A DNA stretch of 64,000 nucleotides from Candidatus Poribacteria bacterium (lineage in GTDB: Bacteria; Poribacteria; WGA-4E; PCPOR2b), in the NCBI GenBank assembly GCA_965215015.1, contig OZ244042.1:1984001-2048000 (forward strand). Reading direction: 5' to 3'. Positions within the stretch are counted from its first letter, which is position 1; each line of letters begins with the position of its first letter. The notes under the pieces are model-generated. The model was given only the letters and a program-made list of their open reading frames with translations. It had not been told where the DNA came from and searched no databases. The position numbers and the translations under genes were made by a program. Below are positions 8,266 to 17,316 of this stretch, piece by piece.

Positions 8266-9405
8266 ATGCCTGTACTCTGCATATCTCTATTGATTTTTAT
8301 CCTTAGCTCACAAATTGCTTTAAATCCCAATGTAACCGGTAAAGCAGTAGATATCCCCGATGTAAATCTGGAAGGTGCACTTCGGGCGCAGTTAGGTATC
8401 CCATCCGATCCGCTTACCGATACCGATTTGGCAGTGCTTACACATCTTTCGGTGATACACATCGAAATTGCCAATTTAACAGGATTGGAGTATTGTCGGG
8501 GTTTAGTGCATCTTAGCCTGATTGGCGTAAAAATCAAAGATATTCGTCCAATCGCAAAATTAAAAAACCTACGGTGGCTTGATCTGGGTAATAATCAGGT
8601 CAGCGATATTCAGCCAATCGCGGCCTTAAATAATCTACAATGGCTCGACCTAAACAACAATCAGATTCACGATATTCAGCCAATTACTGGACTAATACAT
8701 CTAGAACGGCTTGACTTGAATAATAATCAAATTGACGATGTTCAATCCCTCGCTAGATTGATAAATCTGGAGCGACTTTACCTGAATAATAACCGGATCC
8801 ACGATATCCGCTCCCTGGCAGGATTGATAAACTTGGAGAGTCTTGACCTGCCTAGGAATCAGATTCGTGATATTCAGTCACTCGGAGAGTTGAGAAATCT
8901 GAAATGGCTTTATCTGGACGAAAATCAAATTCGCGATATTCGCCCCATTGCAAAATTAGAAAACTTAGAAAGACTCTACCTAGAGACTAATCAAATTCGC
9001 GATGTAGGTCCGCTCGCCGGACTGAAAAATCTGTTTCGACTTAATCTGAACAGAAATCAGATTGACGACATTCGTTCGCTTGCAAAATCAGGAAACCTTG
9101 AGAGGCTTGAACTAATGGACAATCAAATCTCTGATGTGACCCCCCTCACAGAATTAATAAACCTGAAATGGCTTTATCTGGCGAAGAATCAAATCCGCGA
9201 TGTGACTCCTCTCGCAAAATTGGTAAACCTATATGAACTCAATCTGAAGGAGAATCAGATTCGTGATATTCACCCCTTGGTCAACAACCCAGGACTCGGA
9301 AGAGGTGACGTCATTTCCGTGGAATCCAATCCCTTGAATGAAGCCTCTATGGAGAATTATATTCACCGATTGAAAGCACGAGGCGTGCGTTTTTCTGATA
9401 ATTAA
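8266..9405 (+). CDS. Secreted internalin-like leucine-rich repeat protein
   Basis: Signal peptide, IPDVNLEGALR cap, ~11-12 22-aa repeats LxxLxLxxNQIxDIxPL, C-cap NPL. Confidence 0.93.
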   Translation: MPVLCISLLIFILSSQIALNPNVTGKAVDIPDVNLEGALRAQLGIPSDPLTDTDLAVLTHLSVIHIEIANLTGLEYCRGLVHLSLIGVKIKDIRPIAKLKNLRWLDLGNNQVSDIQPIAALNNLQWLDLNNNQIHDIQPITGLIHLERLDLNNNQIDDVQSLARLINLERLYLNNNRIHDIRSLAGLINLESLDLPRNQIRDIQSLGELRNLKWLYLDENQIRDIRPIAKLENLERLYLETNQIRDVGPLAGLKNLFRLNLNRNQIDDIRSLAKSGNLERLELMDNQISDVTPLTELINLKWLYLAKNQIRDVTPLAKLVNLYELNLKENQIRDIHPLVNNPGLGRGDVISVESNPLNEASMENYIHRLKARGVRFSDN

Positions 9406-9449
9406 TTTAACATTTATAAAACTGTGGAGAACAGCTTGGAGGTTACAAC

Positions 9450-10595
9450 ATGGCTTACGATTTGCTAATCAAAGGTGGGACACTAATTGATCCCGCACAA
9501 AATATTCACGCAAACAAAGATGTGGCATTTTCAAACGGCCTTGTCGCAGAAGTCGGTGATGATTTGCCAAAGACAGACGCACATGAGGTATTGGATGCTA
9601 ATCGCTGCCTAGTTACGCCCGGCATGATTGATTTGCATGTTCATGTGTTCTACGGCGTCAGTCATTATGGTATCGAGCCCGACCCGACCTGTTTGGCAAA
9701 AGGGGCAACGACAGTGGTTGACGCCGGTTCGGCGGGGGCCGACATTTTTCCCGGCTTTCGCAAATACGTAATCGATGTCAGTGAAACCCGCATCTTCGCG
9801 CAAATCAATATCTCATCGCAGGGGATGCTGACACAAGAAATTGGCGAGTTCGAGATTCCTGAGTACGCCGATGTGGACAAAGCCTGTGCGATGATTGAAA
9901 AGCACCGTGATGTCATTTTGGGAGTGAAGGTGCGGTTGACAAAGCACAGTATTGTCAGTGAACGATCCGGCATGATTCCGCTGCACCACGCGCGTGAAGC
10001 AGCGGACGCAGCAGGGCTACCCATCATGGTGCACCCACAAGCTGCTTGGTGCGATTCCATAGATGATATCTTGGCGGTTATGGGCGAGCGGGACATCGTG
10101 ACACACTGCTTCCACGGAAGCGAATGTGGTATCTTGGACAACAACGGGAAGGTTCGTAAGTCGGTACATGAGGCGATGGCGCGCGGGGTTGTCTTTGATG
10201 TGGGGCACGGGGCAGGGTCTTTCTCCTGGGATATCGTTGAACAGACGATGAGCCAAGGGGTCGCCCCGCAAACCATCTCATCAGACCTGCACACTTACAA
10301 TGTCAACGGGCCCGTCTACGACCTCGCAAATGTTGTGACTAAGTTCCTCCATCTCGGCATGTCGCTTGACGACGCCATAGCGAAAGTTACCTCAATTCCG
10401 GCAGAGGTCATTCTGATGACGGACAAAATCGGCACACTCGCGCCCGGTGCATGGGGAGACGCGATTATCTCTGAACTGCGCGAAGGCGAATTCCAATTGG
10501 TTGATTCGCGTGGCGAGACCCGTATCAGCAGACAGAACTTTGTGCCGGTTACCGTCGTCAAGGGCGGGCGGGTGTATCGGCAAAGGGCGAATTAA
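9450..10595 (+). CDS. Amidohydrolase/deacetylase (dihydroorotase-like) metallohydrolase
   Basis: PGMIDLHVH, VVDAGSAG, GVKVRL, MVH, THCFHG, DVGHGAGSFS, ISSDLH. Confidence 0.9.
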   Translation: MAYDLLIKGGTLIDPAQNIHANKDVAFSNGLVAEVGDDLPKTDAHEVLDANRCLVTPGMIDLHVHVFYGVSHYGIEPDPTCLAKGATTVVDAGSAGADIFPGFRKYVIDVSETRIFAQINISSQGMLTQEIGEFEIPEYADVDKACAMIEKHRDVILGVKVRLTKHSIVSERSGMIPLHHAREAADAAGLPIMVHPQAAWCDSIDDILAVMGERDIVTHCFHGSECGILDNNGKVRKSVHEAMARGVVFDVGHGAGSFSWDIVEQTMSQGVAPQTISSDLHTYNVNGPVYDLANVVTKFLHLGMSLDDAIAKVTSIPAEVILMTDKIGTLAPGAWGDAIISELREGEFQLVDSRGETRISRQNFVPVTVVKGGRVYRQRAN

Positions 10596-10706
10596 CATAA
10601 CCCAAGTTGCTATCTGACAATTGGAATCTCCTCATGGCCACAGAGCCTGCCCTCAATTCATTGGGGTTGGTCCCTGCACCATGACGGGGTTAACGGCGAT
10701 AGGAAT

Positions 10707-11030
10707 GTGCCTTTAAAAGCACTTGCCAAAATCCTATGGAATGGCGGGGCAACATGGAAAACCGTCTACGACACCGCCAGTGCGAAGGCAAAATCACTTG
10801 ACCTCAAAGCAGCCGCCTTGCGAACGATCCAACGCTGGGTGAATACACACGAGCCAGGCCCCACCGAACCCGAGGTTCAACCCCCGCAACCCGAAGCCAT
10901 CGAATATATTGGGGAGGGCAGCGTCGCCTTCATCGAATCTCTCTTGACCCTTGGGACACCGACACATCGCAAATATCGCACGACCCTTGGACCGCCAGCC
11001 TCGAAAAAAGGGCAGGAAATGACGCAATAG
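10707..11030 (+). CDS. Hypothetical protein or fragment within the element
   Basis: 107-aa ORF starting inside the 35-bp repeat; LRTIQRWV resembles an HTH recognition helix. Confidence 0.3.
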   Translation: MPLKALAKILWNGGATWKTVYDTASAKAKSLDLKAAALRTIQRWVNTHEPGPTEPEVQPPQPEAIEYIGEGSVAFIESLLTLGTPTHRKYRTTLGPPASKKGQEMTQ

Positions 11031-11313
11031 GCGGTTCCGTGAGTGGCAGTTTTATGTCTTGTCGAAAAGACTTTCAACAAGATCTTATAACGTTCTGCGT
11101 CTGTTAGGGCGTTTGGCTTTGAAGGTCGAAAGTCTTAAGGGGAATAAAAGAAGGGAGGTCCAGTGGATGTCCGTTTAATCCGGGGTGTGTAAAGGGCAAT
11201 GCGAAAAGCCCTGAGGTTGATGGCTACGGTTGATCGAAAGATTTTGAGAACTATCCTGAAGGGACATTACCCGTCAGATTTTTATGCCTTTTATCGGAAC
11301 CCGTTACCACGCA

Positions 11314-11715
11314 TCAACCACCAGACGACTTAGAGGCATGTACAAAGTAAGCAGTACCGTACCGATTGTGCCCCGAAGCCCACGCACTCGATCGCGCATT
11401 TGACGCGCTTGAGGTGTAATCTCTCGCTCGCCTTACCCGAGTACTCAATCCGTTTCGGTAATGTCCGGCACCGCCGGCATATTTACTTCCTGATACCGCG
11501 GATATTTCCCATACTCCATGCTTTGCCGACCGTGATGCCCAAGCCTTTCCCTTCGCTACTGTCTGTGATCGCTTTTTGTATACATCAGCCTCAGCTGTCA
11601 GCAGGCGATTAGTGTCTATGTCTGCAGCACCCATCGCCAATCTGAAAACAAAGCCCATCGTAGAAAAAGTAACCAAAAAACAAGTAATCAAACTAACCCA
11701 AAAACGTTTACGCAT
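11314..11715 (-). CDS. Small secreted cationic Ser/Ala/Gly-rich protein
   Basis: AAGGAG RBS; N-terminal hydrophobic signal; Arg/Lys-rich mature part with SSAWASG. Confidence 0.8.
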   Translation of the reverse strand: MRKRFWVSLITCFLVTFSTMGFVFRLAMGAADIDTNRLLTAEADVYKKRSQTVAKGKAWASRSAKHGVWEISAVSGSKYAGGAGHYRNGLSTRVRRARDYTSSASNARSSAWASGHNRYGTAYFVHASKSSGG

Positions 11716-11726
11716 TTTATTTCTCC

Positions 11727-12503
11727 TTATTGGTTGAGATTCAAAAAAGTGTAAGGATCAATTGCATCTGAATCATAATCAAGCACGGTGATGCCGGCCG
11801 GAATAATTCCTTCCCCTAAATCATCATAGTCCCTATCCGACACCCCCTCACCCCCCGATATGGATTCCGCATATCGGCTAGTCCTCCCATCTTCTTCCTC
11901 AAAGTATTCCCATCGGACATAAACCGTATTGGAAAATGATGGATAGACGAGCCCATTCTCCATTGACGCAGAGGTGGCACGATGTCCCTGATTCCAGAGT
12001 TTAATTAAAATCCGATCCATCAATTCTGCCGCTTTCATCGCCTCACTCCCAAACTGAGATATATTTTCGTCCATATCCTCTTCCCAAATGACATCTTCAG
12101 GATAATCTGAAGGCACTTCGGGATAGGGACCGAAGCCAAAGGAGGACACCGGCTGCGTCTCCTCTACGACTTCAGTCGTCAACAGGGCTATCTCCTCATC
12201 CGATAGCTCTGCCAAGAAATCATCGGCCGACTCGACCGCCGTAGGCGGAACTGTAGCCTTTGATTCAATCGCACCGGTCTTTTCGGAATCTGAAGCAACG
12301 GGTGCCCCTTCACCGTGATGCGCGGCGTCGTAGGAAGAATGGTCATGTTGCCCCTCAATTGAACGATTAAAGGCCTGAGCATCTGACAAATCCGTCTTAA
12401 GCTTAACATAGCCTTGGTATTCCCTATAGGTGACATAAAAGGTAAAAATAAACGCAACAATACACCCCCCAACAATATAGGGGATAAAACCACGTTTTAA
12501 CAT
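11727..12503 (-). CDS. Membrane-anchored acidic uncharacterised protein (partner C)
   Basis: GGAGGT RBS; N-terminal TM; ENGLVYPSFSNTVYV and GIIPAGITVLDYD resemble motifs in partners A/B. Confidence 0.85.
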   Translation of the reverse strand: MLKRGFIPYIVGGCIVAFIFTFYVTYREYQGYVKLKTDLSDAQAFNRSIEGQHDHSSYDAAHHGEGAPVASDSEKTGAIESKATVPPTAVESADDFLAELSDEEIALLTTEVVEETQPVSSFGFGPYPEVPSDYPEDVIWEEDMDENISQFGSEAMKAAELMDRILIKLWNQGHRATSASMENGLVYPSFSNTVYVRWEYFEEEDGRTSRYAESISGGEGVSDRDYDDLGEGIIPAGITVLDYDSDAIDPYTFLNLNQ

Positions 12504-12549
12504 TAGAGTTACCTCCCTTAAAAACCCTTACCCACCACAATGTGGTGGG

Positions 12550-12960
12550 TAAGGAAATGACCAGAGATAAAGCCTTCGATACCAGCGACAGAGGCCCACT
12601 GTTTGATAGCGTTGCGCGAAGATCTTATAACATTCTGCAACAAAGTCTGTTAGCGATCCGCTAACAGACGGTTTAAAACATGAATGCTATAGATCCTCCC
12701 CCGTTGACCGTCAATAGTGATTCTTGGATATGGTCACCCCTGACAATCCTTCGGAACAGCATACCCTTTTGGATGTTTGCCTTATCACGGTAAAGCCTTA
12801 TGATTTCCTGTGTGCGGTTCCCAATGAACAGCACCACGCCTTCATCTGTCTAGTCTGTCTTACTCGACTGGACGATTAGGGCGTTATCAGTCATAGCCTC
12901 GACGTTGACCGCCACCGCTTCAGAGATTCGCAACAGGCAATCGCTCATGAGCTGTATCAA
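12550..12960 (-). pseudogene. Cre-like tyrosine recombinase/integrase remnant
   Basis: LIQLMSDCLLRISEAVAVNV..SSKTD*TDEG..LFRRIVRGDH..LTVNG[80-bp insert]ARNAIKQWASVAGIEGFISGH(fs)SL: box I Arg, SKTD Lys and start of HxxR. Confidence 0.8.
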
Positions 12961-13331
12961 CCCCCCGCAAGCGGAGGGAGGGTTCTTAGCGGGGGGATTC
13001 CCCTCCGCTGGTGGGGATTTAGGGTTCTCTGAAGCGAAAGCCAAGAGGAGGTGTGAGACTTTTTTAATCTGTTGATGCATTTCCAATCATATGTTAAAAT
13101 ATAGGAACGAAAAAGCCGACGCCGGCCACAGAAATCCCTAGATAATTCAACCCTTAGATTCCTAGAAAAGTGGTTAATTTTCTAGAAGTTAGTTAATTTT
13201 AACAGGAATGCCCGTTTAAGTTAACCCTCAGCTCCATTAGTTTCCTATTTCCCGCACCAATACGCCACTCAGAAAAATTCTAATTTTATGCTTTCGCATG
13301 TTTATCAATAGCACAGGAAACCGATTATCTG

Positions 13332-13784
13332 TTGTCCGCTCAGGATGGATTGTTCTCGGATAAAAAACTTGAGGAGTTCACACAGGAGATTATTAAGTCA
13401 CAACGGCAGGTCACAGGGATTCTCGATGAAATTCAACCACACGAACTCTATCCCAAAAACCGACTGGAACAATCGGAGTTACAACGCATCCTAACGGATT
13501 GGCAATCCACACCCGCTGCGACGTTTGCCTCCGATGTGATCGACGCACTGGAGAAATCCTTAAAACCAAACTATCAACGCATTCGGGAGATTGTCAAAGG
13601 ACTGAGCGAAAGTGAACAACGAATGATTGTTGATGCGTTTATGAAAATACGGTTAACGGGAAAAGTCTCCTTTGAGGAAAGCGATAAAATCATAGATGAT
13701 GAAGACGTCATCCAAGCTCAGGGAGTCTTTCGGTCAAAAAGCGGTCATGAGATTTACATCGCCACAACAGAGGAGAATCAGTAG
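13332..13784 (+). CDS. Hypothetical protein, probably 5'-damaged
   Basis: 150-aa ORF; frame extends upstream as FYAFACLSIAQET (signal-like) with no start codon. Confidence 0.45.
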   Translation: MSAQDGLFSDKKLEEFTQEIIKSQRQVTGILDEIQPHELYPKNRLEQSELQRILTDWQSTPAATFASDVIDALEKSLKPNYQRIREIVKGLSESEQRMIVDAFMKIRLTGKVSFEESDKIIDDEDVIQAQGVFRSKSGHEIYIATTEENQ

Positions 13785-14226
13785 AAGTTGACAGACATGA
13801 GACTGCTCAACGTCTTCCGAAAAGAGATTGATGCCAGTGTGCTTTTAATGTTGTGAATCTTTAAGCGATCGGCAACATGATTCAAGAAGGAATTTCACGA
13901 CAAAAGATTGGTAGATTAATAAGCAGCGCAGGGGCCGACATTTTGGCACGCACTACTAATACTACTAATAAGGGGCCTTTTAGGCAGGCGGGCCAAAATG
14001 TCATCTAAAAAAAGGCGATAGGAATACGCCTTTAAAGGCACTTGCCAATTGGTCCCTGCACCATGACGGAGGATAACCCCATTTTCTGATTGTCCATTCC
14101 CCTAATTTCTATAACAGGTGCAATTTCCCTAGCAACTTAAGTTAAGAAAGAGCACGCCTGTCGTGACAACTTTAACCGCTTTTTCTAGCCTCCGGAGATT
14201 TATCCGAATAACGAAAGAAAATAATA

Positions 14227-15636
14227 ATGAATCTAATACGCTCCAAACCGGGCGACCTAATCCTGACACCTTTTCTTCTTGAAACAAAAGAAGGCAAGCC
14301 GATTACGGCGGAATGGGGACGCCTCATCGCCCCAGAAAATCGATCGCAACCCAAAGGCAACCTTATCGAGCTCCCATTCGTTCGCTTCAAAGCCACTACC
14401 ACAGAAAAAAGAACACCAATCTTCTCTTTGGCTGGAGGTCCCGGAGATGAGACCCTCGGCAACTTGACATACATGTTGCCGTATGTGCCAACATTTCAAG
14501 CCCTTGGTGATCTGATTATTCCAGAGCCGCGTGGAGTCGGTTTTTCTCGACCCTGTCTCGCTTGCCCTGGAGCTTACCATCTCCCGCTCGATAAACCGTT
14601 AGACTATGATATGCTGGTCAAGACAGAACGAGAATATATGGTCAACTGTGCCAAGTTTTGGAAGGAACAAGGCATAGATTTGTCCGGCTATAATGTTCGG
14701 GAGATGGCAGCCGACGTGGATGCCATACGACAGGCCTTGGGATACCACAAAATCAACTTATTTGGCGGGAGTTTTGGATCCCATCATGGATTGGCGGTGC
14801 TTAGGTACCATGGAGAACATATCGAACGAGCAGTTCTATCCAGTGTCGAAGGGCCAAACCACACGATCAAACTGCCAAGTAATATTCAACACCATCTCGA
14901 AAAATTGGCTTCCATGGTAAAGGCGGACCCGCAGTTGAGCCGGGATATTCCCGATCTTCTAAAACTGATCGGGACGGTGCTTGAACGGTTGGAACAAGCA
15001 CCCGTGACGGTCCAAGTCGAAGATCCTGAAACTGGCAGGACAGTTGCAGTAACGGTTGGGGCACTCGACTTGCAAGCGGCAACTGCCGGCGGGATGCGTA
15101 GTGTTCCATTTTTTCAAGCACTCCCCGCCTGTTACCATGCGATGGCTCAAGGGGACTTCTCTTGGTTGGCTGAACGTGCTTTAGAACATCGGAGAAATTG
15201 TCGAGCCAGGTTAATGCCGGCACTAGTTGATTGTGCATCTGGGGCGATGACGGAACGACGCACCAAAATTGAGAAAGAGGCAGATCAAACCTTATTGGGA
15301 GGCATTATCAACGGCGCACTATTCGATTACTGCGATAAGTTGGGAGGAATAGACCTGAATGACGAATTTCGGGAAGATCTTTATTCCGAAGTTCCAACGC
15401 TACTGGTCAGTGGTACCCTGGATGTAAGAACTCCGGTGAGCAACGCTGAAGAGGTGCTGAAGGGTCTGGTAAATGGACAACATTTAATCCTCGAAAATAT
15501 ATCCCATAGCCATGGGGACCTTGGTGACGAACAAATGCAGCAATTTCTCCATGCTGTTACCCAATTCCTGAAGGGCGAGCCGCTATCTACGACACGAATT
15601 GTCAACCCATTTCAGTTTAATCCAATAGCACCATAG
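14227..15636 (+). CDS. Alpha/beta hydrolase (TAP-like, peptidase S33-related)
   Basis: LAGGPG, PRGVGFS, GGSFG nucleophile elbow, GTLDVRTP, SH. Confidence 0.88.
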   Translation: MNLIRSKPGDLILTPFLLETKEGKPITAEWGRLIAPENRSQPKGNLIELPFVRFKATTTEKRTPIFSLAGGPGDETLGNLTYMLPYVPTFQALGDLIIPEPRGVGFSRPCLACPGAYHLPLDKPLDYDMLVKTEREYMVNCAKFWKEQGIDLSGYNVREMAADVDAIRQALGYHKINLFGGSFGSHHGLAVLRYHGEHIERAVLSSVEGPNHTIKLPSNIQHHLEKLASMVKADPQLSRDIPDLLKLIGTVLERLEQAPVTVQVEDPETGRTVAVTVGALDLQAATAGGMRSVPFFQALPACYHAMAQGDFSWLAERALEHRRNCRARLMPALVDCASGAMTERRTKIEKEADQTLLGGIINGALFDYCDKLGGIDLNDEFREDLYSEVPTLLVSGTLDVRTPVSNAEEVLKGLVNGQHLILENISHSHGDLGDEQMQQFLHAVTQFLKGEPLSTTRIVNPFQFNPIAP

Positions 15637-15768
15637 CGCAAGGAGCTCATTGGATTTTGGATGTGGACTGTTCGTATTGCTCCCAATGGCGTCCCACTTT
15701 TTTCAAAACAGCATTCACAAAACTGTCTAAGCACCTCTGATATTGGACATAACGAAAGCAGAAATAAT

Positions 15769-17217
15769 ATGGCATATTCCAGTCTGAGAGATTTTGTAAA
15801 AGAGTTAGAACAAGCCGGCGAATTAAAGCGGATTACAGCCGAAGTCTCCCCAAATCTTGAGATTACACAGATTACAGATCGGGTGAGTAAAGCGGAAGGA
15901 CCAGCACTGTTGTTTGAAAACGTTGAGGGAAGCGACATGCCGCTGCTAATCAACGCCTTTGGCTCCTATAAGCGGATGGCGATGGCACTTGGCGTTGGAG
16001 ATATGAATGAAATCGCCGATGAAATTGAAGGCATGATCCAGCTCGGCCCCCCCGAATCGCTGCTTGACAAAGTAAAACTCCTCGGCATTCTGAGCAAACT
16101 GACGAAATTCCCACCGAAAACGGTCAGGCGCGGGGCATGTCAGGAAGTGGTTTTGACCGACAAGCAAATTTCATTAGACCGCATCCCGCTCATCAAATGC
16201 TGGCCCCTTGATGCAGACAAATATATTACCTTGCCGCAGGTCTTTACGCACAGCCTGAAAACGGGCCAACGCAATGTAGGCACCTACCGGCTACAGAAAC
16301 TCAATGAACAAACGCTGGCAATGCACTGGCAGATCCACCATGATGGTGCCGGGCATCACCGCGAGTACCGCGAGGAAGGACAACGAATGCCCGTTGCTGT
16401 CGCTATCGGCGGCGACCCGATTATGTCCTATATCGGTACTGCACCCCTGCCAAGTGGCATTGATGAACTCCTGTTTGCAGGGTTTCTCCGCAAAGCCAAT
16501 GTCCGGATGGTCGCGTGCAAAACCATCGATATGTTGGTCCCCGCAGATGCGGACATCGTGATTGAAGGGTATATCGAACCGGACGAGGTCTGCATCGAGG
16601 GACCCTTTGGCGATCATACCGGCTACTACTCCCTGGCGGACGAATATCCCATCTTTCACATCACCGCTATCACACACCGTAAGCGGCCCATCTACCAAAC
16701 AATTATCGTCGGTAAACCGCCGATGGAAGATTGTTACATGGGCAAGGCAACGGAGCGCATCTTCATGCCTTTGATCCAGACACAACTGCCAGAGTTGGTC
16801 GATATGAACCTGCCACTGTTCGGTGTATTCCACAACTTTGCTTTAATTTCCATCGACAAACGTTACCCTTTCCATGCAAAGAAGATTATGCACAGCCTGT
16901 GGGGGCTTGGTCAACTGATGTTCAGCAAAATTATTATCGTTGTAGACAAAGATGTTGATGTCCAGAATGTCGACGAAGTGCTTTTCCGCGTCGGAAGCAA
17001 CGTCGATCCCAAGCGAGATGTGACCATCGTTGAGGGGCCAGTTGATGTGCTTGATCACGCAGCACCACTGATGGGAGCAGGATCAAAGATGGGGATTGAT
17101 GCAACAACCAAATGGCGGGCGGAAGGTTATCAGCGCGAATGGCCCGATGAAATCAAGATGTCTCAGGAAATCATCAATCTGGTGGACAAGCGATGGAAGG
17201 AATATGGAATCGGATAA
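15769..17217 (+). CDS. UbiD-family prenyl-FMN decarboxylase (menaquinone-biosynthesis type)
   Basis: EGPFGDHTGYYS, RNVGTYR, VGKPPMED, GSKMGIDAT; likely start MAYSSLRDF at 15769. Confidence 0.93.
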   Translation: MAYSSLRDFVKELEQAGELKRITAEVSPNLEITQITDRVSKAEGPALLFENVEGSDMPLLINAFGSYKRMAMALGVGDMNEIADEIEGMIQLGPPESLLDKVKLLGILSKLTKFPPKTVRRGACQEVVLTDKQISLDRIPLIKCWPLDADKYITLPQVFTHSLKTGQRNVGTYRLQKLNEQTLAMHWQIHHDGAGHHREYREEGQRMPVAVAIGGDPIMSYIGTAPLPSGIDELLFAGFLRKANVRMVACKTIDMLVPADADIVIEGYIEPDEVCIEGPFGDHTGYYSLADEYPIFHITAITHRKRPIYQTIIVGKPPMEDCYMGKATERIFMPLIQTQLPELVDMNLPLFGVFHNFALISIDKRYPFHAKKIMHSLWGLGQLMFSKIIIVVDKDVDVQNVDEVLFRVGSNVDPKRDVTIVEGPVDVLDHAAPLMGAGSKMGIDATTKWRAEGYQREWPDEIKMSQEIINLVDKRWKEYGIG

Positions 17218-17316
17218 ATCGCCAAACGCTCCGGCTTCCATAATCGATCGCAAGGCAAAATCTTGAGAAGGTTCGTTGTGAGGAAATAAATTTTACATTA
17301 CAATGGAGGCAAAACG

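Larger units (their letters stand above)
10667..14069. mobile_element. Decayed integrative element bounded by 21-bp direct repeats
   Basis: TTGGTCCCTGCACCATGACGG at 10667-10687 and 14049-14069; second 35-bp repeat at 10695-10729 and 14014-14048; tyrosine recombinase remnant inside. Confidence 0.7.

Noticed and set aside
10707-11030. Transposase call for the 107-aa ORF
   Set aside because: No DDE or HuH motif; left as hypothetical.
11100-11310. Possible ncRNA with several GAAA-loop-like words
   Set aside because: Stems are short and imperfect and match no family I recognise.
11079-12670. Integron attC sites (TATAAC...GTTAG) around the secreted/partner pair
   Set aside because: Spacing is far too short for attC, no L boxes are visible, and the recombinase remnant is Cre-like rather than IntI.
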